Source: Blastocladiella emersonii ATCC 22665
Lineage: Eukaryota > Fungi > Blastocladiomycota
Direction of reading: 5' to 3'
DNA length: 64,000 bases
Assembly (NCBI GenBank): GCA_025594325.1
Contig: JANHCV010000003.1
Span: 1,612,001-1,676,000 of the forward strand
Shown here: positions 23,753 through 35,920 of the stretch, one piece after another
Layout: each line of letters starts with the position of its first letter
Position numbering within the stretch: position 1 is the stretch's first letter
Made by a program: the position numbers and the translations under genes
The notes under the pieces: model-generated
What the model saw: the letters and a program-made list of their open reading frames with translations, nothing else
Databases searched by the model: none
What the model was told of the DNA's origin: nothing

Positions 23753-23943
23753 GCAACGCTCGCCCACCATCCCCACCCCGCCGCGCTCGCCCCTCCTCTC
23801 CACCACGTTTGCAACCGCCATGGGCTAGTCCGGCTTGGCTTCATTGCATTCTTTGCCTCACCCAAGTCCGTCGGTCGCGCACGGCTGGTCGCACACGGCT
23901 GCAACTTCACGCGCGGTCCCGACGGTCGCCGGCCCACCACCAT

Positions 23944-24077
23944 CTCCGCCGACGCCGGTTCTCGCTCGCCCGCGGCTCCGCCGACGCCGGTTCTCGCTCG
24001 CCCGCGGCTCCGCCGACGCCGGTTCTCGCTCGCCCGCGGCTCCGCCGACGCCGGTTCTCGCTCGCCCGCGGCTCCGC
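23944..24077 (+). repeat. Tandem repeat, 4 perfect copies of a 32-bp unit
   Basis: ctccgccgacgccggttctcgctcgcccgcgg at 23944, 23976, 24008 and 24040, with no spacers. Confidence 0.95.
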
Positions 24078-24908
24078 GGCGGCGGTCGCATCGGCTGCGC
24101 GCGCCGCGACCTATGGCCCGCACTCCGCCTACTCGTTTTCGCGGGTCGACGGGCATCATCAACAGCGCTGAGCCGCCCGACAAGCGTGCCGCCGCGCGCG
24201 ACCGTGCCTCGGCGGCTCGCCGCGCCTTGGCGCTCGTCGAGATCTCTCGCGCGCGCGACTTGGGCCCGCCGCGCAGAAGACGGTGGCGGTGAAGCCGTCG
24301 CCGCCGGATCGTTCCGACACGCGCCACCTCGCTCAAGACCCGGCGCGGGTCAAGTCGCCGCCGTCCTCGCGCGCCGGACCTCGCGCTGCCGCCGCCGCGG
24401 ACCGTGCCACCGCAGCGGCTGTGTGGCCGGCCGGGCCGACTCGCGGCCATCGCATCAGCTCAGCAGCCACCGCTACGCACGGTGGCCGCCGCCGCCGCGG
24501 TGGTCGCTGCTGCCGCGTCCCCACGCTGTCCACCAGTCCCTGGTGGGCGGGTATGGCGTCGCCCGCGGCGGGCATCGCGACCACGTTGCGCAGCGACTAC
24601 TCTCGCTCGCCCTCGCCCCGCGGATCGACCCATAGCAATCAATACATGCATTTGATACTTGACACCGCGTCCCACCGTCCCGCCGCCGCGGCTCGCGGCC
24701 ATGGCAGCTGCAGCTCGCGGCCAAGTCCCCCGTCTGGGCCGGATCTGGGCCTGGCAACCAGATCTGGCCCGGATCTGAGCCAGACGGCTCATCTGGGCCG
24801 GATCCCGCCCCGACACCCGAGCCCCTCCGCGCGCGCCCACCCCGCCGCCCGCGTCTGAGCCGGATCCGGCCCAGAAGCGCAGTCTGGCTCAGATCCGGGC
24901 CAGAGCGG

Positions 24909-24927
24909 TGCTGCAGGTTTTGCGATG
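24909..24927 (-). repeat. Right terminal inverted repeat (19 bp)
   Basis: tgctgcaggttttgcgatg followed by GT. Confidence 0.9.
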
Positions 24928-25199
24928 GTAGTGCTCTCATGCAGTGAAGGCGGTGGTCAATCTAAGAAAAGTCGCCGCGTAACGGCGGCCGCATTGGTCG
25001 CGGCGATCGACCAAACGCATCCAACGTCATGGTCTCATGGGTTAACGTGCACGCGGGCGTGGGCTGCAATAGTGGCTTTGAGATCCGCAAGATCCAGAGA
25101 CGCTGATGGTCAAATCGCTCATGGCCACGGTGACGCTCCTCGCTCCTCAGATCACGGAGCAAGGGTAAAACACACGGAATAGGAATATATCATAGAGTT

Positions 25200-25267
25200 G
25201 TTGGTTGAGTTGAGGTTGGTTGAGTTGAGGTTGGTTGACTTGAGGTTCAGGTTGAGGTTGAGTTGAG
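25200..25267 (+). repeat. 15-bp minisatellite (gttggttgagttgag) x3 plus degenerate tail
   Basis: Copies at 25200, 25215 and 25230 (one mismatch in the third). Would read QPQLN repeats on the minus strand. Confidence 0.85.
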
Positions 25268-25483
25268 GGTGGGTTGGGTGCAAGTTGGACCCCCTGAATA
25301 GCAAGGCCGCCGTTGTCAGGAGCCGCCGGGCCCCCTTGCCCATCCGCCTGCTCGTCGGCGACCCGAACCACACATGCGCCGCCGCCGCGCCTCGCCAACG
25401 GAGCGCTTTGCCGCTCCTCCGTCCGGTTCCCCGTTGACTGGCCGGTCGAGCTTCGCTTCCAGTGGCTTACTGCATTCTCCTCA

Positions 25484-28400
25484 ATTCTCCTCATCTTGCT
25501 CGACAGGAAACCAGGTCACGTTGCGCCGGTTGCTCGGGGGAGTTGCGCCTGCCCGCCCACCAAGTTTCGAAGCGCCCGCGGCGATGGCGGCCGTGGCTGG
25601 CCCGAGCGTGAGCACGATGACAATGCGGCCCCCGCCGCCCGCGGTCCAGTCGACCAGTGGCCCGCCCACCTCCCTGCGACGCGGTGTGAATCCTCGACGC
25701 CTTGCGTGCGTGGGGTGGACGTGGCGGCGGCGGCGACGACAGCCGGTCCTCCGTGGCACCCGGAAGTGCGGCCCGCTCCCAACCTCCTGAACTTGCTCCG
25801 CCTCCACCTCCGCCTCCACCTCCACCTCAATTCCATCCCCGCTGCGCTCGGAACCCGCCAACTCACGAAAGGTTGGGCGCGCGAAGCCGCTTGCGGACCC
25901 GCTCCTCCTCAAAACACGCGGCGTCGCCCGCGCGGCCGGCGCAGCGTGGATCTGCTTCGCGCCACCCGCGTCGTGCGAGCGAGCACCTTGCCGCGGCGAG
26001 AGCGCTCCCAGCACTCTCGGCCCAAGCCCAAGCCCACCTCCCTGCACAATCCGACGCGCACTTGGTCACGAGCTGAGTGACATGAGGTCAGAGTGAGCCG
26101 AATGGCCCGGACCCTCTGGCTGAAGGACTCTCGCTCCTGGCTCTGGCCAGAACCAGCGTCCGCTAACCTCAAGCCTGGTTCGGACGGAACCGGTTGTCTC
26201 GATCGCTCCGTGTGGACCACGGCCGTGGAGCGCGCCTCCGCGTTGCGAACCATCTTGCGCGACTGAGCGGGGAACGGCATCGACTCGCCGCGAGCTCGGC
26301 CATTTGGCGGCGGTGGCGGCGGCGGCTTGAGGAACTTGGCCGAGCAATGAGCCGCTGCGCACGCATCCGCAACGGCTCCGCTCGTGTGCGGTTGTTTGGG
26401 CGCGACACTGTAAAGAGTGTCGGCCGCGAAGACGGGACGCGTTGCGCCACACCAGCCACACGGCGCCACCCACACCTTCACTGGACGAGAGGACGAGAGA
26501 AACGAGCGGGCAGAGGTGGACAGGGAGATAGATACTAGTATTACGAAAGAGTCACACCAAACAACGGCGGCGTCTAGTGGGCCGAGTCCATCTGCGCCTC
26601 GACCAGCTTGAAGTAAAAGCCGCGCTTGGCGACCAGCTCGGTGTGCGTGCCCTGCTCGACGAGGCGGCCCTTGTCCAGCGCGAAAAGAATGTCCGAGTTC
26701 ACAATGCTGCTCAACCGGTGCGCAATCGAGATGGTGGTGCGCCCGCGCGACGCAGCCTCGAGGGCCTGCTGGACGGCGGCCTCGGACGCCGAGTCAAGCG
26801 CCGCAGTGCACTCGTCGAGGAGGAGGATCTAGATTTGGGCGCGAAATGAGCGTCAGAGGCGATGGTCGAGTGTGTGGGTGGGCGGGTGCGGGAGGCAGTC
26901 GCGAGGGTTGGGAAGATGAGGGTGAGAGATGGCGTACCTTGGGCTTGCGGATCAGGGCGCGGGCAATGGCGACGCGCTGCTTTTGCTGTGGGAGGGTGAG
27001 TGGACGGAGCGACAGCATTAGTGATCTGGTCCTCCCGCGAAGAAGCACATGGCAGAAACAACGAACGTACCCCGCCCGAGAGCATGCCGCCGCGCTCGCC
27101 GACCGGCGTCTGGTAGCCCTGCGACAGGTTGCTGATGAAATCGTGCACGTCGGCCTGGCGCGCCGCCTCGTACACCTCCTCGTCCGTCACCTTGGACGGG
27201 TCGACGGCGCCGTACTTGATGTTGTCCATGACGGTCCCGTCGAACAGGATCGGCTCCTGGCCGACCAGCGAGAGCGTCGACCGCAGGCTGTGCAGGTCGA
27301 CGGACGCAATGTCGACGCCGTCGATGAGGATGCGACCGCGCGCCGGGTCGTAGAAGCGCTCGAGCTGCTGGATCACCGTCGACTTGCCGCATCTGTTGTG
27401 TTGCGCGACACGAGGCACAAGTGTGAGTGGATGCTTTCGGGATGAGCAGAGTCAAATTTAAGAAAAACGCACCCGCTGGAACCGACGAGGGCGACCCGCG
27501 AGCCCGCCGGGATCTTGAACGAGAGGCCGCGGTGCACGCGCACCTTGGGCCGCGACGGGTACCGGAAGTGCACGTCCTCGAATGTGATCTCGCCGCGCAC
27601 GTTCTCGAGCTTCGGGATCGACTCGGCCTGCCGCGAGATATCGATTGACGGCTTGCGGTCAATCAGGCGGAACACCTCGATGGCCGCCGTGCGCGCCTTG
27701 TTGTAGTCGGGCAGGAACGTGGCGATGCGCCCGCCCATCATGGAGCTGAACATGACCGTCGTGATGGCCTGGAACACGTCCTGGAACGAGTAGATGCCCC
27801 ACCCGATCAGCCGCGACGCGTACGTGAAGGCGACCGCGTACACGATCCAGTTGGCCGCGTTCGAGAACCCAAACGCCGCGCCGCCGAGCAGCGACCCGAC
27901 GCGCGCGTGCCGCGTCGGCTCCTCGAGCAGGTGGTCGTATTCCGCCAAAAACCGCTTCTCGAGCCCGAGCGACGCGATCGTGCGCACGTTCGACACGGCC
28001 TCGGAGCTGAGCGACGACGCCTCGTTGTCGGCCTTCATCCCCGCCAGGCCCTTTTGCGCGCGCGACTGGTACATGCCCGACACGATGATCATGGGCGCGC
28101 ACGCGATCACGACCAGCGACAGCTGCCAGCAGTAGTAGAGCGACAGGATCGCGCCAATCAGCAGCGACATGGACACCTGCGTGATCGTGCCCAGCGTGTC
28201 GCCGACGAGCTTGCGCACCAGCGACGACTCGACCGCCAGCTTGCCCGCGAGCGACCCGACCGAGTTCTCCTTGCGGTCGTAGAACCCGCCCTCCTGCGCG
28301 ACCATGGCCCCGAAGCACATGTCGCGCATCTTCATGACAATCGACTCGCCCGACACCGTGAAGGCGAGCGTCTGCAGGTAGTTGGACACGCCCGCGATGA

Positions 28401-28875
28401 TGGCGATCACCAGGAACACGACGCCCCACTGCGACCCGAGCCGCTCGAGCTCGGCGACCTTGGGCACCAGGGCGCCGTTCACGTACGAGTACGCGTTGCC
28501 GTAGTCGGTGATGGCGCGCGCGTAGACGAGCGCGTACGACGGCGTGATGGCGCCCGCCACGATCGCCGCCGCGAGCCCGAGCAGCGTCCACGGCCACATG
28601 TCGAAATTGAGCCGCATCGCGCGCACGAACGGCCATTTCTCGTCGGACACCTCGTCGTAGATGGTTTTCGGGACGGCGCTCGTGTGCGCCAGCGAGCCCG
28701 TCGACTTGACGCTCGCCGCCCGCTCCAGCTTGACCTCGGCGGCATCCTCGTCCTCCTCCTCCTCGACGTCTTCCTTTTTGTCGCCGCCCTCGACCTGCTG
28801 GTTGCGCACCAGCTCGTAGTAGAAACCCTTGCGCGCCACCAGCTCGGCGTGCGTGCCCGACTCGAGGATGACGCC
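25484..28875 (-). repeat. Right arm of the ~3.4-kb inverted duplication
   Basis: Mirror of 14877-18268, covering the 3' half and ~1.1 kb of 3' flank of the intact MDR gene. Confidence 0.95.
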
Positions 28876-31369
28876 CTTCTTGAGCGCCACAATCTTGTCG
28901 GCGTTACGGACGGTCGAGAGACTATCGATGCGAGGGCAAACGGTCAGTCAACCTGTCGAGGACGCGTCAGTTAGAGCGAGAAGACGTACCGGTGGGCAAT
29001 GACGATGGTGGTGCGGCCCTGCGCCGCGTTGTCGAGCGCCTCCTGGACAATGGCTTCTGACCGGGCATCGAGCGCAGAAGTACTTTCGTCGAGCAGCAAA
29101 ATCTTGCGGTCGTAAACGAGCGCGCGGGCGATGGCGATACGTTGCTTTTGCTATGGTGGTGGAGGCGAGGGGCGAAGAGTGAGTCAACTGATCCGAAACA
29201 CGTCGCGTTGCGCCACTACGCGAGCACCACTGCGTCGCGCCACGACGCAGCACCAGTACGTCGCGGCACGACGTCACGCCTTGACGTAGCACCACGAGGC
29301 CGAAGTTCGAAACAAGCACAGAAAGCGTACCCCGCCGGAGAGGTTGCTCGAGCCGATCATGGTGTCGAGCTTGTCGGGGAGGTCCATGACGAAATCGTAC
29401 GCGTTGGCGACCTTGAGGGCGCGGATCACGTCGTCCTCGGTGGCCTCGACGGGCGAGCCCCACACAATGTTCTGGCGGATGGTACCCGAGAACAGGACCG
29501 GCTCCTGGCCGACGTAGCCGATCTGGCTGCGGAGCCACGCCACGTTGATCTGGTCGATGGGCGTGCCGTCGAGCAGGATCGAGCCCGACTGCGGGAGGTA
29601 GAAGCGCTCGAGGAGACCGACGCTACGTTCGAGCGATTTGTTTCGGCGTTAGTGTCTCGGTTCGGTTCGGTTCGGCGGGTACGAGTGATGATGAGCGAGT
29701 AGAAAACTTGCCATGTGCTCTTGCCGCTACCCGAGCTCCCGACGAGGGCGACCGTAGTACCGGGCTCGACGGTCAGGTTGAAGTCGCGGAGGATGGGCTG
29801 GGTCGGGCGGGTCGGGTAGGCGAAGTTGATGTTCTTGAACTCGAGGCGGCCGGCGATCTTGGCGGGCTTGATGCCGCCCTCGTCGAACGGGTTGACCTTG
29901 GACTCGCGGTCAATGACCTGGAAGATCTTGAAGGCGGCGACGCGGGCCGTGGCGAACGAGGCCACGTAGGGCGCCACGTTGCCGAGCGAGAAGGCGCCGA
30001 TCAGCGTCGACATGAACACGGTGACAAGCGTCGCGGGCTGGATCGTGCCGTCGGCCATCTTCTTGGCGCCGAACCAGAACCCGAGCGAGTAGGCCGAGAA
30101 GAGCGAGAAGAAAATGGCGCCGATGCCGATGCCGCCAATGTAGCCCTTCTTGGACTCCTGCTTCTGCACCTCGATGAGCTCGCGCCGGTACCGCGCGCGC
30201 TCGCGCGCCTCGCCGCCAAACGAGACCACGGTGCGGATCGCGTGCAGCACCTCTTCGGCGACCGCGCCGGCGCGACCGTACGACACGAGCGCCTCGCGCA
30301 TGAACTGCATCGTGATCTTGCCCGTGAACCCGGCCGAGCCCATGATCAGCGGGAGCGTGGCCATGAGGACCGCCGCGAGGATCGGGCTACGGATGGGCGC
30401 GAGAGGGAGCGGGTGTGAGTGGACGCGGTCCGAGAGCAATGAGCGCAAGAGAACGTACCCCTTGACAAAGGCGACCGTGTAGGCCGTGATGAAGGTGGTC
30501 AGGTACTGAATCGTGTGGCCAATCTTGTCGCCGATACCCTCCTGGAGCGCCTCGACGTCGGCCGACATGCGTGCCGTGAGCTCGCCGCGCTTCTCGTCGT
30601 CGTAGAAGGCCACCTCCTGGCGCAGCAGGGCCTTGAAGTACTCCTTCTTGACCTTAAGGGCCTGCGATTCGCCCGACCACTGCCAGAAGGCCATCTCGAG
30701 GAACGCGGCCACGATCGTGACGGCGGCGAGCCCGAGGAACCAGTACACGGACACGAGCACGCCGTCGTAGAACTCGTCGGTGCGTTTCGCCCACGCCGCG
30801 TCCGTGTACAGCGCCGGGTGCAGGCGGCGGTCCTGGACCAGCACGTCGTACTTGGTGAACACGGTGATGGCGTCGCCGAGCACAATCGACATGAGCGGTA
30901 GTGTCGCGCCGTTGACCATGGACCCGAGCGTGCCGAACACGATCAGGATCTTGTCGAGCGGGCTCGCGAACCGGAACAGCTGGCGGAACGGCACCGAGGG
31001 CACCGCGGCGGCCGGAGCGCCGGCGGCCGGGGACTTGGGGTCAATGAAGCCCTTTTCTTCGTCGCCGACGAGCTTGCCCGAGGGCACGGGCGCGGATGGC
31101 GCGGATGAGGGCGCCGACTTGGACTCGAGCTCGGTGGCCTTGGGGACGGCCTCGAGGTCGACGTCGGTCATGGGCACGACGTGCGACGGCTGGTGGCCGG
31201 CCGCGGGCGCCGCGGCGGCGTGCACGTCGTTGTCGGCGTTGTTGGCGCGCAGCTGGTTGCCGTCGAGCAGCCGCATGGCGAGCTGGTTGCCGTCGAGCAG
31301 CCGCATGGCGAGCTGCTCGCCGCCGGATGCGGGTAGCGTCGCGTTGGGATGGGGATCAGGTTCACCCAT
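26574..31369 (-). CDS. MDR1: Full-length ABCB1/MDR-type P-glycoprotein (TMD-NBD-TMD-NBD), multi-exon
   Basis: ATG at 31369 (MGEPDPH). Motifs include [10 protein letters not shown]...[65 protein letters not shown]; second NBD GSSGCGKST, LSGG and [15 protein letters not shown] at 26574. Confidence 0.95.
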
Positions 31370-32254
31370 GGTGGTAGCGTATTGAGAGCGTGTGGTGTGG
31401 ATCGCGCGCGCAGCAGTCGGATGGAGATGAACCAAGCGCAGGACGACGGATGGAAGAGCAGGGACCCGGTGCGGGCGCGGCGTGTCCTTAAGAGGGGCGG
31501 CGCACGGGCGTGAATTCGGGCCCGCGACAAGGCGTGGAGGGGTCCGTCGGGGCCGCGGCGCGGGCGGAGACGCGGCTCGGCCGGCGGCTCGCGTCGCAGC
31601 AGGAGACAAAAATCCGGCCGTGCACGTGACGCGAGCGACCCGGCGGAACACGAGGGTTGGCGATCGCGCGCTCCGCCACCCACGGCAGTGCGTCACGCCG
31701 GCGGCAGGACCACCGCGAATCGGTCCGCTCGCCCGCGCCTTGGCGGCCTCTCCCGCCTTCCTGATCCCGAAGCGCCCGAGACACGCGACACGCGCCGGTC
31801 GCCGACCCCGCATTGCCGCGCGTCGCGTGGCGCGAGGTCACAACCGCCGGGGAGACGGCAGGGAGACGCGTCGCGCGCGCACGACTGCTTTGGTCGCGGT
31901 CCCGCCGGATCGCAGATGCCATGACGTGCTCGCTGCAGCGCGGGAGGCAGACGAGCGCGACCGAGTCATCGTCACTCACGTCGCGTCCGTGCTCGCAAGT
32001 CGCGCCTTGTGCGCTCCGCTCGCCGTGACCGCGGCCACGACCGTGTTCGCGGCAGGCGGCCGAGCCGAATTCGGTGGATCGCAAAGGAACAATCGTTGGG
32101 CCGGCCGAGTGAGTCAGCGAGGGCACCACGTGCGCCTGTCGTCCGCGCTTCGTCATCGGCCTCGTCCTGTTGTCGAGGGTGGCGCTTGATCACCTCTCCC
32201 CTTCTTCATGCGCATGCACCCCTCCATGCAACTCTGCGACGACTAGTCAACACC

Positions 32255-34588
32255 ATGCAACGACCCACCGCAACCACCTTCCAGCTGCGCGCCGAGCCCG
32301 CCCCGTGGGCCGACGGCGACCGCATCTCGCTGCCCGCGCACGCCCTCGAGGCGCTGCAGGCCGCCGCCGGCGCTTCGTTCCGGTCTTCGGCGGATCCGGA
32401 CCACGACCAGGGCCACCTCTACACCTTCACGCTGACGGCCGCCGGCGCTCCGGACCGCCGCGTCGCATGCGGCGTGCGCGACTTTGCGCACCCGGACCCG
32501 ACCGCAGTCCTCGTCCCGCCGCCGCTCCTCGCCGTGCTCGCCCCGGCACCCCAAACCGGCCCGGTCCTCGTCGACCTGACCCTGACCACCTTCCCGAAAG
32601 CGACGGGCGTACAGCTGCGCCCCATGGCGACCGCGTCCGAGCCCGCGCTCGCGTACCTCGGGATCCCGGACCTGCGCGCCGTCCTCGAGGCGCACCTGCG
32701 CCGCCACTTCACGTGCCTGACCGCGGGGACGACGCTGTCGGTGCACGCGTTCGTGCCGGGATCCATGGCCATGGCGACCGTCCAGTTCCTGGTCGCGGAG
32801 CTGCACCCGGCGTGGGCAGCGACCGTCGTCAACACGGACGTGAGCGTCGACGTGGTCCCGCCGACCGACGACACGGCGGCCCTCGAGGCCATGCACGCTG
32901 CGCACCGCGCGGCCGAGAAGGCGCGCGCCCCGCGGTCGCTCGCCCTGGGCGCCGAGCTCGGCCCACTCACGGTCCCGCCGCACGCGCCCGTGTGCATCAC
33001 GCTCGAGAACGTCGTCTCGCACCTCCCCTCTCTCCCGCCACCCGAGGGCACCCGCGTCCTCGTCCACTGCAAGGTCGAGTCGGGCGACGCCAACCTGTTC
33101 CTCCACCCGTGGCTTCGCCCGACGGTCCACGATAACTGGGGCATGGCGGTCAGTGTGGGGGACAAGACGCTCGTCGTCGACGTGACCGACGCCCTCGAGG
33201 ACGCCGCGTGGCCGTCGCTGTTCCTCGCCGTCGAGGCCGCGCCGATCCTCGAGCCCGACGGGTCGCATGCGGCCGAGCAGCCGCCGTGTGTCGTGCGCGT
33301 CCGATGGGAGCTCGAGGCGGGGAACGGCGCTCGGCCCATGGACGTGGATAATCATGTGGTCGACGGCGACGGTGACGAGCACGCGGGTGAGACCAAGTGC
33401 GAGACCTGCTCCAAGTGTACGCTCCTCGTCCCTTCACTCTCACCCTGCCCTCGCTAACCGTTCACACCGATAGGGGTCCCGACCGGCTCGCTCCCGCTGC
33501 ACCAGCTGCACTGCCAGCGCAACACGGTCCGTTGCGCGACCTGCTCCACCGCGCTGTCGCGCCCCGCGGCCGCGCACCACGTCCACTGCCCCGCGCCCGA
33601 CTGCGGGTACACGGCGTCTGCCCCCGGCGAGGCCGGGAAACACGCGCACTGGCACCACCCTCCCTCCGCCTTCACCTGCCCCGACTGCCCCGACTCGGCG
33701 ACCTACCCGGACCTCCTGGGCGACTACCAAACCCACCGCCGTTCCGCGTGCCCACACCGCGTCGCATGGTGCCGGTTCTGCCGCACGCACGCGGCCGCCG
33801 GCGAGGGGCTCGTGAGCGCGGCGGACCGGCTCAACTCGGGATGCCGGACCCCGCACGCGGCGGCGTGCGCGGCGCGCACCGTCGACTGCGCGACGTGCGG
33901 CCGCCCGGTTAAGCGCCGTGACGTGCCCGCGCACATGGCCGTGCACCGACACCAGCGCGAGAACCGGCCGCCGCCGCTCGTCGTGTGCGCCAACGCCGTG
34001 TGCGGGCGGCCCGCGGCGAGGGGACCGGGTGCCCGGCCGAGTAACGCGTTGGGCCTGTGCGCCGTGTGCTACGGCCCGCTGCACTCGTCCCGCGCCCCCG
34101 AGGGCGGGGTGTCCGAGGCCGCGGCGCTCCTCCAGCGCGTCGTGCACCGGTACTTTCGCCAGGCGACCAACGGGTGCGGTGAGGCGGGGTGTACGAACCC
34201 GGCGTGCGCGAGTGTCACCCCCGCGGACCGGTTCCGCCCCGCGCTCAAGGCCGCGCGCGGTGATCCGACGGGGACCGCGGTCGAGTGCATGGCGCTTGCA
34301 CGCGCGCTCGTGAGCGGTGGGACGGCGTGGTTCTGCGTCCCGCACGCGGACCGCGTCGTCGCGCGGCGCGAGGTCGCGGACGAGCTCGCGGGAGCGCACG
34401 GGTGGACGAGCGCGTGGTGTCTCGAGGCGCTGCTGGTGACCGAGGGCGCGGCGCTCGCGGACGACGGGAGTGATAGTGATGAGGAAGATGTGCCAAGCGG
34501 GGTGACGCCGGCGGCGCGCGTCGAGTGGGCGACGCGCGCCGTCGAGTGGTTGCTCAAGAACGCGCCGACGCCAGCGACGAAGAATTGA
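32255..34588 (+). CDS. UFD1-like domain, Cys/His zinc fingers, AZUL-like domain and UBA-like C-terminus; intron 33417-33473
   Basis: [11 protein letters not shown]...GVRDF...[11 protein letters not shown]...[18 protein letters not shown]...[11 protein letters not shown] (UFD1-like). CETCSKWVP...LHQLHCQRN-type fingers. [22 protein letters not shown] (AZUL-like). WCLEAL...[10 protein letters not shown] (UBA-like). Confidence 0.8.
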
Positions 34589-34639
34589 GCAGCAAAATGT
34601 GAATGTAATAGACCCCTTTCTCCCCCTTAAACAACCCGT

Positions 34640-35621
34640 TTAGCTGGGCGGCAGCGCAGCCGCATCGACCTCGACCTCCTCGGCCTCCTCGACCTCGGAC
34701 TCGTAGACGCCGTCGACGGGGGTGCGGGTCATGGCCATCATGCCGGACCGGGCCACCTCGACGAGACCGAACGGGTGCAGCAGCTTGAGGAACGCCTCGA
34801 TGCGCGACGATTTGGCGCACAGCTCGACGACCGCCGTCTCGGCCGACACGTCGACCACCTTGGCGCCGAACAGGCGCGCGAGACGCGTCACGCTCGCGAG
34901 CTGCTTGTGCGTCGCCTCGAGGAGCGCGTCCGGGTTCCCGGCATCGTGCTTGTGCGAGCGGTCAATGGCGTCCTCGCCCTCCTCGCCCAGCGCGTGCTCG
35001 GCCGCGTAGATCTGGTCCAGCATGCCCGCCGGCACGATGCTCACCTTGGCCAGCGCCATCTCGCGCTCGATCAGCCGCGTGTGCGTGTAGTCAAGCACAG
35101 CCCACACGGGCACCAGATCCTCGAGCTGCTTTTTCGCCTTCAGAGAGGATAGGATAGTAGAAGCAGAGGTTAGCAGTGGCGGAGGTGAAGTAGCCGGTGA
35201 GCGAGCCGCGTACCTGCTCAATCGTCCCCGCAGTCCCCTTAAGCGCGATCGTCATACGCGACAGGTCCTTGACGTCGGTCTTGGACACGACGAGCGAGTC
35301 GATGTTGAACCCGCGCGCGGCGAGGATCCCGGACACGCGGCTCAGCACCCCCGGCTCGTCCGTGACCAGGCAGTTGAGGACGTGGCGCTGCGCCCGCGCA
35401 CTAGCCGGGCCCGCCGTCGGCGTGTTGTACAGGATGTTCGTCACGGCCTCCTCGACCGTCGGCGTCGGCGCCTTGAGCAGCGCAGGGTGGTGCTTGCGTC
35501 GCGCGAACCGCGGGGCCGAGGCGGCAGCCGCGGCGGCTGCGGCGGCGTCGGTGGTGAAAGCGCGGCGAGTGAGCGCGAGGTGGCGCGATGCCGAGGATGC
35601 GGCGGATGTGATGCGGAACAT
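34640..35621 (-). CDS. ILV6: Acetolactate synthase regulatory (small) subunit, mitochondrial; 1 intron
   Basis: HVLNCLVTDEPGVLSRVSGILAARGFNIDSLVV ACT domain, KQLEDLVPVWAVLDYT, EVARSGMMAMTR, and an Arg/Ala/Ser-rich presequence. Confidence 0.93.
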
Positions 35622-35920
35622 GGTGGCTGCTGCAACGAGTTAGTCGGCGATGAGCAGGTGTCGATACATGAAAGAGACGAACTCTCTTGTGCGTGCAAGG
35701 CGCTTTCAAGGAGGAGGAGAGCGGAAGCGCGCGGCCGTTCGCTTTTCAACGCGCCGTCGCGCCGGCGACGCGGCACGCGGCGTGTTTCAAGAATTGGGTC
35801 ACACAGCCGCGGCGTGAGCGAAAAGCGGTGATTCGCTCGCGCACACGTGGGCGTGACTGAACGTGGAGCGGCGCGAAGTCATCGGCCTCAAGACGATAGC
35901 GGCGTATATTGCACGCAGAA

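Larger units (their letters stand above)
18988..24927. mobile_element. ~5.94-kb TIR DNA transposon, CACTA/CMC (Plavaka-like), probably non-autonomous
   Basis: Perfect 19-bp TIRs CATCGCAAAACCTGCAGCA, flanked on both sides by GT (candidate 2-bp TSD). Subterminal regions (~200-400 bp) are imperfectly inverted and dense in GGATC(C/T)GG motifs. Internal tandem repeats and two divergent genes, one of them Plavaka-transposase-like. Confidence 0.8.

Noticed and set aside
23944-24077. 32-bp repeats as a CRISPR array
   Set aside because: The units are directly adjacent with no spacers, there are no cas genes, and the context is a eukaryotic transposon.
25200-25267. Telomere-like repeat
   Set aside because: The unit is 15 bp, there are only three copies, it is not TTAGGG-like, and it is internal. 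A similar C/A-rich tract at 40341-40390 is simply intronic.
25394-25473. 80-bp GTAAG...AG segment present only in the right arm, read as an intron lost from the left copy
   Set aside because: It is purine-rich with a GAG acceptor and no branch or pyrimidine tract, its removal is not precise, and the left copy retains all MDR introns, so retroposition is unlikely.
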